Virus record (IMG/VR): IMGVR_UViG_3300020196_000003
Direction: 5' to 3' (one strand)
Length of the DNA stretch: 64,000 bases
Source: a virus
The notes beneath the pieces were generated by a model. That model was not told where the DNA came from. It worked only from the letters and a program-made list of their open reading frames with translations, and made no database searches. The position numbers were made by a program, and so were the translations under genes. Below, piece after piece: positions 45,845-56,278 of the stretch. Positions within the stretch are counted from its first letter, which is position 1. Each line of letters starts with the position of its first letter.

Positions 45845-48031
45845 CTATGTATTAATTATTGTGTATGTAAAATCATTAGGGAAACATGATGATGTGTCAC
45901 ATACAGGACAATCGGGGTCGAACATGCTAAACTTATCTTTTAATATTTTAAAATTGTGTTTCACCTCAGGACTAGAAATAGGTTGAGTATAAAATCTAAA
46001 TTGAGAAATTGCACCGTCTAAAGTTCCTGCAAAATTTTCTTCCAATAAAATGTGTGTTTTCAATTTATTTAAAGTTGTTGCACTCAATATGTTTTCAGGA
46101 AAACATTCGGGATCTTGAATATAATACCCTTCTGACGTATCGGTACAAGAAGATAAGGTAAGATTTTCATGAAGTCCTTGAGTTCCCCCACCCCAAGACA
46201 TATTGAACGGAACGGCCACTTGTCTTTCTTTGTCGGTGTCTAAAGCCCTCGGAATTACTTCTTCAAAATTTTCGATAGTATAAAATATTCTTCCATTGAT
46301 ATAGATTTTTAATCTACCCAACCTAAATTTAGTTTCATCTAACCAAATTCGATTTAGTTGGACTATCTTTACTTGTTGTGGGATTTCATATCCATTTGTG
46401 TAAGGAGGTTGGATTAAGGATACTGTGTTATTTGCCAAACTTTGTAAAAACTCTACTCTTGTTATTTGATCTAATCCACCAAACCATCTGAGGTCACAAA
46501 AATCTATAAAAGTATAACGTTCGAAAACAACATCCAATAAGAACCAATGCTCTAAGTTTAACCAAGCTGGATTTACTTCTAAACAATAAGGATAAATTGG
46601 TGGCGTACAAATATCTTGTATTGTATATCCAGTGACATAAGTTTGACCTGTTACACATGTTCCAGTAGTTTGACATTCTCCTGTAATTTTCAAAACTCGA
46701 ATTCCAATACCAGGATTTTTTGGGTCGCCACACAAACGGATAGAAAAATTATTTGACAAAGCGTCAAATTTTGGATCTTTTTCACAAGTATCCTCTATTG
46801 ATTTAAAGACATTGGAAGGTTCAGTTGGCGGACATCCACAAGTATCACAACCACAACTTGGACATGCCGTACAACAAGGTTTTGTTGGGCATGGTATCAC
46901 ATCAGAATATGTATCACATGATGGAGTTGGTGATGGAGTAGGTGTTGGTGTTGGTGTCGGGACAATTATTGTTTCACACTTATGTTCGAAACACATCCAT
47001 CCACAGGTTTTACAGGGGTCCAAATCACAACCGCATCCACATGTCAGTTTTGTTTCATAATTCCCATTACATAAGTTACATCCGTAATTCACATGAGGAT
47101 CGTATTCACCACCAATTGGTCTCGGCGGATATACGTAAATACATCTACTATTTTTGATATCATAATTACAACAAGCACAAGTTTCGAAACAATTAGTTAA
47201 ACCACTTGTAACTCTCGTATAATTTGAGTCGCATTTTGGTGAACCATCGGCATAATGATAAAATTTATTTTCTGCTCTTGTTCCCAAATAGAATAACGTA
47301 TTTTTGTTTTTTGGATAAATTTCATTCAAAGTTGTATATCCAACAGGTGGGTTGTATTCATTAAAAAATCTTGGTTTTAACAAAACTTCAACTGACCATC
47401 CTTTATTGAATCGTTCAGGTAATATTTCATAGTCATAACCAAATAATTTATAAAAACCTTGATAAAATCCACCATATAGTTCAATGTATCTCCCAACTTG
47501 GGGACTATACTTAGAAACCATTTCGTAAGAAGTGTAGTAAGTAACACCTGAAAATTTATTGTTCTTTGGTACATTTGTTGTTGTTTGAATAAGTTTCATT
47601 CTTCGGTCATAAAACATTCTATTAAATTTTACTTCATCACTAAAAAGTCCGTTTGTAAAATTTAATAATTCACCTTCAATTAAATTTACCAATCCGTTAT
47701 CAACTCCCGTTAATCCAATATCACAAGTTGTTCCAGCGGTGAAACATTCAATTCTTAAATCCTCGGGTTGATAAAAAGTTTCAGATATAACAACATTTTC
47801 AAAATTGTAGGACCCATAGTTTAATGTTAAATTTAAGGAAGATAGAGGGCTATTCAAATCAATATTAATGGGTAATTTTTTACCGTCATTAACACCTATT
47901 ATATATGGTGAAAAAATAACTTCTTGATTGAAGTCGACCTCATCGGAAGCTAAAGACATATCTTGTCCATCATAAAGGACTTGTAATTTTAACTTTGGGT
48001 AAATATATTGATTTATATTTTGATAAGACAT
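45845..48031 (-). CDS. 728 aa putative virion protein: LamG/ConA-like fold interrupted by a Cys-rich and Pro/Thr insertion
   Basis: GWSVEVLL, HWFLLDVVF, LKIYINGR, GAISQFRFYTQPISSPEV; central cluster of more than 20 Cys. Confidence 0.6.
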   Translation of the reverse strand: MSYQNINQYIYPKLKLQVLYDGQDMSLASDEVDFNQEVIFSPYIIGVNDGKKLPINIDLNSPLSSLNLTLNYGSYNFENVVISETFYQPEDLRIECFTAGTTCDIGLTGVDNGLVNLIEGELLNFTNGLFSDEVKFNRMFYDRRMKLIQTTTNVPKNNKFSGVTYYTSYEMVSKYSPQVGRYIELYGGFYQGFYKLFGYDYEILPERFNKGWSVEVLLKPRFFNEYNPPVGYTTLNEIYPKNKNTLFYLGTRAENKFYHYADGSPKCDSNYTRVTSGLTNCFETCACCNYDIKNSRCIYVYPPRPIGGEYDPHVNYGCNLCNGNYETKLTCGCGCDLDPCKTCGWMCFEHKCETIIVPTPTPTPTPSPTPSCDTYSDVIPCPTKPCCTACPSCGCDTCGCPPTEPSNVFKSIEDTCEKDPKFDALSNNFSIRLCGDPKNPGIGIRVLKITGECQTTGTCVTGQTYVTGYTIQDICTPPIYPYCLEVNPAWLNLEHWFLLDVVFERYTFIDFCDLRWFGGLDQITRVEFLQSLANNTVSLIQPPYTNGYEIPQQVKIVQLNRIWLDETKFRLGRLKIYINGRIFYTIENFEEVIPRALDTDKERQVAVPFNMSWGGGTQGLHENLTLSSCTDTSEGYYIQDPECFPENILSATTLNKLKTHILLEENFAGTLDGAISQFRFYTQPISSPEVKHNFKILKDKFSMFDPDCPVCDTSSCFPNDFTYTIINT

Positions 48032-48084
48032 GCGTTTTTCTTATAAATACAACAATTGAAAGTATTTATTGTAAAAAATATAAC

Positions 48085-48975
48085 ATGATTAAGTTGAACA
48101 AAGAGTATTTTCGAAAACCATATTATTTCTATTTGAAAGATAAAGGTGATAAAATCTTAGTATACTTTTCTGTGTCAGATACTTTGAGTGAATCTAGACA
48201 AAATGATCAGTTTATTGAAATAGATAAGTCAGTATTTGAGGAAATACAAAATATTATTACCAAAATATTGAAGTCAAACAAAAAATTAACCAAACAACAA
48301 GTTCATAAATTAATTGATTCTCAATCAAAAAAACAAACTACACCCAAAGAATTGGATGAGTTGGTCAATCCCGATGGATCAATGATTAGTTCAAACATTC
48401 CGATTTTAAATCAAAGAAATTTGGCCAAAAAAACGATGGACCAAACTGTGAGAATGACAAAATCTAATCAATTTCCTTTCATCAGAGTTTATTATGGTGA
48501 GAGTGAAGAAAACAAAGGTAATATTTTAGATGAAGTTGATCAATCAGAATCATTTGGGTTTGAAGAAACTGAGTTTGCAAAAAACTACAATCAAGCAAAT
48601 AAAATTATGATAAACACATTAAAAGTTAAAGACAACATCCAAAGAGACAAAAGATTAAAAAGATTAGGTTTCGATAAAAAATTGGATAAAGAACTTCAGC
48701 AAGACAAAAAACGAGGAAAGTGTAAAAATTGTTTTACAAAAAGAAGATTATCAGAATTAGAAAAAGAAAAAATGGAAATTTTAATTGACGAAATTCTTTT
48801 ATCAAAAAAAACAAAACATTCCGATGTTGTTAAAAATAAAACAAGTGAAATCGACACATCAAAACCTATTTCGAAAATATTGATGAGAAACATCGAAGCG
48901 ATTAAAAAAATTGCAGAAAAGGAAAATATAAGTGTTGACAGTTTAGTTAAACATTTAAAAAAAAGTGAACAGTAA
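48085..48975 (+). CDS. Hypothetical lysine-rich protein
   Basis: Start reassigned to MIKLNKEY after the TATTTAT motif; first gene of a plus-strand operon. Confidence 0.6.
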   Translation: MIKLNKEYFRKPYYFYLKDKGDKILVYFSVSDTLSESRQNDQFIEIDKSVFEEIQNIITKILKSNKKLTKQQVHKLIDSQSKKQTTPKELDELVNPDGSMISSNIPILNQRNLAKKTMDQTVRMTKSNQFPFIRVYYGESEENKGNILDEVDQSESFGFEETEFAKNYNQANKIMINTLKVKDNIQRDKRLKRLGFDKKLDKELQQDKKRGKCKNCFTKRRLSELEKEKMEILIDEILLSKKTKHSDVVKNKTSEIDTSKPISKILMRNIEAIKKIAEKENISVDSLVKHLKKSEQ

Positions 48976-49435
48976 TTTATACAATAAAACAATTCAACTA
49001 CCGGATAAGGTTGTAGAGTACTTACAAATTTGTTTTGATCATATACCAAATTCAGATCCTTCAATCGAAGGACACAAAAGGAATGAAGAATTAAGAAATA
49101 GTGGGTATGCAACTTATCAACAGCTTGGTAGAATAAAAAATTGGTTCGATAATTACAATGGTGATAAGACTGACGCCCCATTTATTTTGAATGGCGCGGA
49201 CTATATGAAAAATTGGGTAAATACCACTTTAGAAGATTTAAGAAATCATGAAGATGCTTCCGAATTTATTCAACAAGAATTTATGCCAAATTCGACAGAT
49301 GACTTAACATTAAAAAATTTGGGACCCCTTGGCGATATGATAAGTCCTTCAAAAGAACATTCAAGATTCGTTCAAGACATCTCAATAAAAGAAGACCTTG
49401 ATAGGATAAACAATTTAATAAAAAAAATAATTTAA
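48965..49435 (+). CDS. Hypothetical protein (156 aa)
   Basis: Overlapping operon arrangement. Confidence 0.6.
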   Translation: MNSNLYNKTIQLPDKVVEYLQICFDHIPNSDPSIEGHKRNEELRNSGYATYQQLGRIKNWFDNYNGDKTDAPFILNGADYMKNWVNTTLEDLRNHEDASEFIQQEFMPNSTDDLTLKNLGPLGDMISPSKEHSRFVQDISIKEDLDRINNLIKKII

Positions 49436-49436
49436 A

Positions 49437-49721
49437 ATGCAAACAGAAAGATTAGATTTTAGCCAACCACCAAATGACTTAACGGCAATTGCCGATCTTC
49501 AAAGAAAAAGTTTGATTGTAAAAAATGATTACAAAACAGATAACCCTTATTCTGCGGTAAATCCTGACGCCCTTTCCGATGGAGATGAATCAGGTAAAGG
49601 TACAGGAATTTTCTTAGATACGGTCAATGGAGGTTCTTCTATTGATATTATCGAAAGAAAAAATGAAATTAAAATAAACGAATATCAACCAGACAAACCC
49701 TACACTACTCCATCGGCTTAA
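49437..49721 (+). CDS. Hypothetical protein (94 aa)
   Basis: Operon packing; contains NPDALSDGDESGKG. Confidence 0.6.
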   Translation: MQTERLDFSQPPNDLTAIADLQRKSLIVKNDYKTDNPYSAVNPDALSDGDESGKGTGIFLDTVNGGSSIDIIERKNEIKINEYQPDKPYTTPSA

Positions 49722-50101
49722 TGAAACTTTACAAAACATTAAATAATCTTATTTTAGAAATAGCATCAAAAAATCAAATTGTTGACGCTATTAAAAATAA
49801 ACAAGTGTGCGTAATTTATTATAACGGTGATGAACCAGGTGGAAAAGGTCTAAGAGTTATTGAACCTGTTGCATTTGGATTGAGTAAAAAAGGAAACCCC
49901 GTGTTAAGAGCTTGGGATAGAGAAGGAGCTTCTCACAGAGGTTATTTGGGTAAAAAACCATTACCAAGTTGGAGGTTTTTCAGGGTTGATAAAATGGAAT
50001 TTATTAGACCAACTCAAGAAACTTTCGATACTCCAAGACCTAATTACAATTCATCAGGAGATAAAAGTATGTCGAGACTAATTATAAACGCGGTATTTTA
50101 A
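49721..50101 (+). CDS. Stand-alone WYL-domain protein
   Basis: AIKNKQVCVIYY..RVIEPVAFG..VLRAWD..WRFFRVDKM. Confidence 0.75.
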   Translation: MKLYKTLNNLILEIASKNQIVDAIKNKQVCVIYYNGDEPGGKGLRVIEPVAFGLSKKGNPVLRAWDREGASHRGYLGKKPLPSWRFFRVDKMEFIRPTQETFDTPRPNYNSSGDKSMSRLIINAVF

Positions 50102-50110
50102 TCGAAAAAT

Positions 50111-50731
50111 ATGAACTCAGAAGCAGAATTACTACAGAAATTAATGATCTCAAAAAAGATCATGGAAAAACATCAAAATATCGAAAGAAATCAGGCGAGA
50201 AATATATCATCAGGATCAGGTTTGTCGGCACCAATTGTTGAAGACTACAACGCTCCTTTGGCAAAATATAATATTCCATCCGACATATTGGAAGAGGCAA
50301 AACCTGTTGTACAACAGACACCCTCTAACATTTCGGTAGAACAACGAATTGCTAGCTCTAAACTCCCTGACGAAATCAAACGGTTGATGATGGAACACCC
50401 AATACAACAACCAACAATGGGAACTGCGACAGGAGCGGTATTGAGTGATGATTTAGTTGAAAGAGCTAGTAGATTGATGAATACTAACACAAAAAATAAT
50501 GTCTCTGAATCAGAAACTAAAAGACATGTTCAAACACAACAACATCCAATACAATCTACTTTGAGCGGAAAACAGATAAAAGATATTGTTAGAGGAACTG
50601 TTGAGGATGTTTTGAAGGAAAATGGACTGTTAATTGAATCTGAAATAAGATCAAACGAAATATTTAAGTTTAGAGTTGGCGAACATTTATTCGAAGGTAA
50701 AGTTACCAAAATTAAAAAAATTGCAAAATAA
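50111..50731 (+). CDS. Hypothetical protein (206 aa)
   Basis: Last gene of the operon before the terminator. Confidence 0.6.
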   Translation: MNSEAELLQKLMISKKIMEKHQNIERNQARNISSGSGLSAPIVEDYNAPLAKYNIPSDILEEAKPVVQQTPSNISVEQRIASSKLPDEIKRLMMEHPIQQPTMGTATGAVLSDDLVERASRLMNTNTKNNVSESETKRHVQTQQHPIQSTLSGKQIKDIVRGTVEDVLKENGLLIESEIRSNEIFKFRVGEHLFEGKVTKIKKIAK

Positions 50732-50754
50732 AAAAACTTTTCAGGCGTCCACTC

Positions 50755-50782
50755 AATCCACCCATTAAAGGTGGATTTTTTT
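50755..50782 (+). terminator. Rho-independent terminator
   Basis: AATCCACC-cattaaa-GGTGGATT followed by TTTTT. Confidence 0.8.
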
Positions 50783-50906
50783 ATTGAAAATTACGATGAA
50801 AAAAAATTTAGAATTGATAAAACAAAAAAATATGGTTATAATTCATAAGTAAGACGGGAAATGACTATTAAAAAATATTTTTCCTTTATTAGAATTGAAA
50901 CCAAAC

Positions 50907-52121
50907 ATGAAAGAAAAAATCAAAATTTTAGTACTACCTTCAGACGCATCAGGAGTAGGAAAATATCGGTCAGTCGACCCACACATTATGTTACAAAATT
51001 TATATCCTGACGATTTCCACGTCGATATAGATTTCACACCGAAAGTTAGTGATTTTAATTATTGGAAAAATTACCAAATTGTTCATTTTCATAGAAATTT
51101 TGGAACCTTAGAACAATGTCCAACAATTATCAAAGCCCTTAAAAGTATGGGGATTATTGTTATTGCCGACCTCGATGATTATTGGTTACCAACAAAAGAA
51201 CACCCTATTCACAATTTAATTTTGGCAGACAAAATGAATTCAAAAATTATCGAGAATCTTAAGGCTGCCGATTATGTAACAACCACAACTGAAATATTTG
51301 CAAATGAAATTAGAAAAATTAACAAAAATGTTATTGTTTTTCCAAACGCAATTGACCCGAAAGAAGGACAGTTTAATAAACCAACATTACCTTCAGACAA
51401 AATAAGAGTTGGTTGGTTAGGCGGTTCTTCTCATTTACATGATCTTAAATTATTAGATGGAATGGTTGGCAAACTATCAAGTCAACAGGATAAATTACAA
51501 TTTTATTTGTGTGGATTCGATATACGAGGTTCCGTAACCGAAATTAATAAAGACACTGGAGAAAAAAAACAAAGACCTATTAAACCTGAAGAAACTGTTT
51601 GGGCAAGGTATGAAGAGATTTTTACAAATAATTATAAAATTGTTTCTCCTGAATATAAATTATTTTTGAATCAATATAAGGAAGAAGATTTTCCTAACCT
51701 TTACAATGAAAATTATGTTCGTGTTTGGACTAGACCAACTGACTCATACGCAAAAAATTATTCAAAATTTGACATCTCATTAGCACCAATTAAAAACCAC
51801 ATATTTAATAGAATGAAATCCCAACTCAAAGTTATTGAAGCGGGATTTTACAAAAAAACCATAATTGCATCAAATCTTGGACCGTACACAATTGATTTGA
51901 AACACGCCCTAAAAAATGGTCAATTTACGGATGGAAATGCACTTTTAGTCGATGAAGTAAGAAATCATAGTGATTGGGTCAAAAATATTAAAAAATTAGT
52001 TGATAATCCAAATATGATTGTAGATCTTGGCGAAAAATTATATGAAACCGTTAAAGACAAATATGACTTAAACTTTGTGACTCATCGAAGATCCGAATTT
52101 TACAAATCCTTAATTAAATAA
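50907..52121 (+). CDS. GT-B fold (GT4-like) glycosyltransferase
   Basis: GVGKYR, DLDDYW, VGWLGGSSHLHDL, DISLAPI..FNRMKSQLKVIEAG. Confidence 0.8.
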   Translation: MKEKIKILVLPSDASGVGKYRSVDPHIMLQNLYPDDFHVDIDFTPKVSDFNYWKNYQIVHFHRNFGTLEQCPTIIKALKSMGIIVIADLDDYWLPTKEHPIHNLILADKMNSKIIENLKAADYVTTTTEIFANEIRKINKNVIVFPNAIDPKEGQFNKPTLPSDKIRVGWLGGSSHLHDLKLLDGMVGKLSSQQDKLQFYLCGFDIRGSVTEINKDTGEKKQRPIKPEETVWARYEEIFTNNYKIVSPEYKLFLNQYKEEDFPNLYNENYVRVWTRPTDSYAKNYSKFDISLAPIKNHIFNRMKSQLKVIEAGFYKKTIIASNLGPYTIDLKHALKNGQFTDGNALLVDEVRNHSDWVKNIKKLVDNPNMIVDLGEKLYETVKDKYDLNFVTHRRSEFYKSLIK

Positions 52122-52123
52122 AA

Positions 52124-52849
52124 ATGATTAATATTCCAATAACAAAAATTTTATTTTTAGATATCGAAACCGTTGGTGGATGTGCTGATTACCAAACGTG
52201 TATCAATTTTAATCCCAAAGTTGCCGAACAATTTGATAAATACTTTGATTGGTTTTTGAAAAGATTTCCTGAAGATAAAGAATCGGGTAAAGAAAAAACA
52301 ACTGAAGAACACATGGATATTGTTTTCAAAAAACGAGCGGCACTTGTTCCTGAGTTTGCAAAGATTGTTTGTGTATCCATGGCATTTGTTTTAGATAATG
52401 GAGAAACAAAAAGACAAACATTTTTAGGTGATGATGAACATAAACTACTTACTGAAGTAAGAGACCTTTTGAACCGTTGTCATAAATTAGATTTTTATTT
52501 ATGTGGACATAATTTAAAAAACTTTGATATTCCAATGTTAGCAAAACGAATGATTGTAAATGGAATTATGCCATCTAAAATTCTACCGTCATACGATACT
52601 AAACCATGGGAGGTAAAAGCTATCGATACAAAAGAAATTTGGCAATACGGTGCATATACATCAATTGGATCTTTAGATTTAATGTGTGCTTGTTTAGACA
52701 TCCCAACACCAAAAGATGGTGAGGTCAATGGTGGTATGGTACATGAGGCGTATTGGAGTCATAATAGATTAAAAGAAATCGCCGAATACTGTGAAAAAGA
52801 TGTTAAAGTTTTGGTTGATACAATAATAAAATTAAAATCATTGAGATAA
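52124..52849 (+). CDS. PolB-like 3'-5' exonuclease (DnaQ superfamily)
   Basis: FLDIETV, GHNLKNFDIP, IDT, YCEKDV. Confidence 0.85.
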   Translation: MINIPITKILFLDIETVGGCADYQTCINFNPKVAEQFDKYFDWFLKRFPEDKESGKEKTTEEHMDIVFKKRAALVPEFAKIVCVSMAFVLDNGETKRQTFLGDDEHKLLTEVRDLLNRCHKLDFYLCGHNLKNFDIPMLAKRMIVNGIMPSKILPSYDTKPWEVKAIDTKEIWQYGAYTSIGSLDLMCACLDIPTPKDGEVNGGMVHEAYWSHNRLKEIAEYCEKDVKVLVDTIIKLKSLR

Positions 52850-53463
52850 TGAGTAAAGAACTAAATAATAACGAAGAACAAGAAATAAACGCTCTTATAA
52901 AAATGTTAGAAGATCTAAATTCGAATGATAACGGAACTAGTGAGATTAATTATAATTCCTTATTTGACACAATTGGTTTAGACTTTCAAGAATTAGAAGA
53001 TGAAATTAAATCATATGTCCCGAAACTTGACGTAAGTTATAAAAAATCAAATGAAAATACGATTGATCCAAAATATGTTTATGAGTCAGATTCTGGTTTT
53101 GATTTATATAGTGTTGAAGATAAGTGGATTCATCCTTTTGATAGGATCCTTATTCCTACGGGTCTTCATATTGATATACCTGATGGATACGAGATTCAAG
53201 TAAGATCTAAAAGTGGTTTAGCACTTAAACAGGGTTTAATGGTTTTGAATTCACCAGGAACTGTAGATCAAGGATATTTAGGAGAAATACAAGTTATACT
53301 TTTCAATACCACAAATCAAAAAGTTAAAATCGAAAAAGGTCAAAAAATTGCTCAAGCGGTTTTATGTCCTGTGGTGTCGGGCAAATGGGTAAACCTAATT
53401 TCAAAAAATAAATTAGAAAATAAAGACCGAAATAATAATGGTTTTGGGTCAACTGGTTTATGA
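52849..53463 (+). CDS. dut: Trimeric dUTPase with an acidic N-terminal extension
   Basis: SGFDL, RSKSGLA, GTVDQGYLGE, IAQ, RNNNGFGSTG. Confidence 0.9.
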   Translation: MSKELNNNEEQEINALIKMLEDLNSNDNGTSEINYNSLFDTIGLDFQELEDEIKSYVPKLDVSYKKSNENTIDPKYVYESDSGFDLYSVEDKWIHPFDRILIPTGLHIDIPDGYEIQVRSKSGLALKQGLMVLNSPGTVDQGYLGEIQVILFNTTNQKVKIEKGQKIAQAVLCPVVSGKWVNLISKNKLENKDRNNNGFGSTGL

Positions 53464-54839
53464 TTACAATAGGATTTAGTACAAAAACACCGAAACCAAA
53501 TTTTATACAACAAATCAAAGAAACTTGTGGTATTGATGACGCCGAGATCATAGAAAAAATAAATAATGGTGAAAAATCATTATCGGTTGTTTATAATGAA
53601 ATATTAAATGAAAGTTCCAATAACATTGTTATATTATGCCATGACGACATTATTTTTGAAAAAAAATATTGGGCAAAACGTGTGATTGAGCATTTCCAAA
53701 AAAGACCAGAGTATGGTATTTTGGGTGTTGCAGGTACAAGGTATTACCCTGAATCAGGTATGTGGTGGGAAGTATCATCTGAAATGATAGGTCAAGTTTA
53801 TCACCAACACAACGGTAAAAAATGGTTATCAAAGTATAGCGAACCATTTGGTAATAAAGTTTTACAATCGGTTATTGTTGACGGTGTTTTCATGATGATA
53901 CAAAAAGATAAAATATCCAAACAGTTCAATGAAAATGTTCAGGGATTCCATTTTTACGATACTACGTTTACATTCGAAAATCATTTAGAGGGTGTTAAGG
54001 TTGGTGTAATATCTAATATTCCAATAACACACTTATCAATTGGTCAAACTAACCGACAGTGGGAAGAAAACAGAATTAAATTTATAGACACATTTAAATA
54101 TAAATTACCTCAAATAATTGGTACTGATTTACCTACGTTTACACATGACTCAAAACAACCTTTAGTTTCTGTAATTATGCCGATCCATAATTACGGTAAC
54201 ATGTTTCAAAAATCATTAGAGTCAGTATTCAATTCGACTTATAAAAATATTGAGTTAGTAATTGTGAATGATGGGTCTAACAACCAATATATTCTTAATA
54301 AACTTGAGAGTTTATCAAATCACCCAAACATTAAAATTATACATCAAAAAAATGCCGGTCCTTCTTCAGCAAGGAATACTGGTATTAAAAATTCTACTGG
54401 TGAGTATATTTTACCTTTAGATTCTGATGACATGATATCACCAGAATATATCCAAACTTGTGTTAATTTAATTGAAAAAAATAATAAATTGAGTCCGGTG
54501 TATTGTGATACAAACCATGTTGGTCAAATGAACGGGGTTGAGAAGAGACCTGAATGGTCTAAAGAACGTTTAATACAAGGGCCATTCATTGTTAATTGTT
54601 CTATGTTTACTAAAGAAGCCTTCAGCAAATGTGGTGGTTATGACGAAAATATGAAAGGTTGGGAAGATTATGACTTATGGGTACGAATGATGAAATCAGG
54701 ATATGTAGGTAAAAGAATACCAAAACCATTATTCACTTATTTTCATCACGAAAAGGATGGAACTGTATCTACCGAAGCTAATAAAAATAGTCAAGAACTT
54801 TATGACTATATTATGAAAAAAAATAATTTACAAAATTAA
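53460..54839 (+). CDS. Tandem GT2-type glycosyltransferase
   Basis: CHDDI..GILGVAG..FHFYD domain plus VSVIMP..VNDGS..ARNTG..LDSDD..EDYDLW domain. Confidence 0.85.
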   Translation: MITIGFSTKTPKPNFIQQIKETCGIDDAEIIEKINNGEKSLSVVYNEILNESSNNIVILCHDDIIFEKKYWAKRVIEHFQKRPEYGILGVAGTRYYPESGMWWEVSSEMIGQVYHQHNGKKWLSKYSEPFGNKVLQSVIVDGVFMMIQKDKISKQFNENVQGFHFYDTTFTFENHLEGVKVGVISNIPITHLSIGQTNRQWEENRIKFIDTFKYKLPQIIGTDLPTFTHDSKQPLVSVIMPIHNYGNMFQKSLESVFNSTYKNIELVIVNDGSNNQYILNKLESLSNHPNIKIIHQKNAGPSSARNTGIKNSTGEYILPLDSDDMISPEYIQTCVNLIEKNNKLSPVYCDTNHVGQMNGVEKRPEWSKERLIQGPFIVNCSMFTKEAFSKCGGYDENMKGWEDYDLWVRMMKSGYVGKRIPKPLFTYFHHEKDGTVSTEANKNSQELYDYIMKKNNLQN

Positions 54840-54845
54840 AATAAT

Positions 54846-55469
54846 ATGACACTTAACGATTTAACAGACTCAATTTACGTTATAAATCTGAAAGAAAGAA
54901 CTGACAGAAAAGAACACATTTTAAATCAATTAGAAAAAATAGGATGCAAAGATTATATTTTATTTGAGGGTGTTAACGGTAAAAAAATTGAGAATCCCAC
55001 AAAAATGCCTTCAGGTATGTTTGGTTTAATTAAGACTTATATAAACATGTATAATGATTGGAAAAAAACACCTAAAGATAGTATTCTAATTATTGAGGAT
55101 GATTGTATCTTCGTTGACGATTTTAATGAAAAATTAAAGGAGTATATGGATCATGTTCCTGAAAACTGGGACATGTTGTATTTTGGGGCAAATCACAATT
55201 ATCATGTCGGTGAAAAAACAGAAGTTGTTAATGAAAAATGTATCAAACTTAATAAGAGTTTTTCGGCACATTGTGTTATACTAAAATCTTATGTGTTTGA
55301 GGAATTGATGTTTGCACTACAAACATATTCAATTGAGAATGATGTAATGATGGCAAACCTCCAAAGAAAATATAAGGCGTATTCAAGTGTTCCAGGTTTA
55401 ACTTCACAAATTGTTAGTTTTTCTGATATACAAAATCAAGTAATGGATTATAATTGGTTGATAAAATGA
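54846..55469 (+). CDS. GT25-family glycosyltransferase
   Basis: YVINLKERTDR, LIIEDD, WDMLYFG. Confidence 0.85.
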   Translation: MTLNDLTDSIYVINLKERTDRKEHILNQLEKIGCKDYILFEGVNGKKIENPTKMPSGMFGLIKTYINMYNDWKKTPKDSILIIEDDCIFVDDFNEKLKEYMDHVPENWDMLYFGANHNYHVGEKTEVVNEKCIKLNKSFSAHCVILKSYVFEELMFALQTYSIENDVMMANLQRKYKAYSSVPGLTSQIVSFSDIQNQVMDYNWLIK

Positions 55470-56278
55470 TTGTAACTTCGTATTTGATGGGTGGGTTAGG
55501 AAATCAAATGTTCCAAATCGCCAAAGCAAAAACGGAAGGATTTAAAAATAACATTGATGTAGTTTTTAGACCTATTTCATTTATTCCTATGGAGGGAAAT
55601 CAACCAACAAAATATATGAATAACATTTTTAGGAATTTAAAATTTGATAACATTACAGAACCACTAATAAGAATATCAGAACCATCTTGGTCGTATAATA
55701 AAATTGAACCGTTGTATCATACGTCCACTGAGTTTTTTGGTTACTTTCAAAGTAGTAAAAATTTTGGGGATTTTAAAAATCAAATTAAAAGTTTATTCCA
55801 ACCAACTGAAGAGTTTATAAATAAAATAAAAAAATTATATCCTTTTGTTTTCAAAAATAACTCAATATCCATTCATGTTCGTAGGGGTGATTACTTAGGT
55901 GTTAGTGATATTTTACCTGTGGTTGATAAATCATATTTAAATGAGTGTCTTAGTCTAATTGATAAAAAAGGTTATATTTTTATATTCTCTAATGACAAAG
56001 ATTGGGTCGAGAAGAATCTAAATTACCCCAATTCAACCATTGTTAATAAATTAGATGATTATGAAGAATTATGGATGATGAGTTTATGTAATCATAATAT
56101 TATGTCTAATTCTTCATTTTCTTGGTGGGGATCTTATCTTAATTTAAATCACAATAAAAAAGTATTTGTACCATCAATTTGGTTTGGGCCTAGAGGGGAA
56201 AAACACTACCAAGATATATACGAAAATAAATGGATAAAAATAAATGTTAAATATGAAAACGGAAAACTCATTGTCTAA
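55466..56278 (+). CDS. GT11 alpha-1,2-fucosyltransferase-like protein
   Basis: GGLGNQMFQ, GYFQS, HVRRGDY, SNSSFSWWGSYL. Confidence 0.9.
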   Translation: MIVTSYLMGGLGNQMFQIAKAKTEGFKNNIDVVFRPISFIPMEGNQPTKYMNNIFRNLKFDNITEPLIRISEPSWSYNKIEPLYHTSTEFFGYFQSSKNFGDFKNQIKSLFQPTEEFINKIKKLYPFVFKNNSISIHVRRGDYLGVSDILPVVDKSYLNECLSLIDKKGYIFIFSNDKDWVEKNLNYPNSTIVNKLDDYEELWMMSLCNHNIMSNSSFSWWGSYLNLNHNKKVFVPSIWFGPRGEKHYQDIYENKWIKINVKYENGKLIV

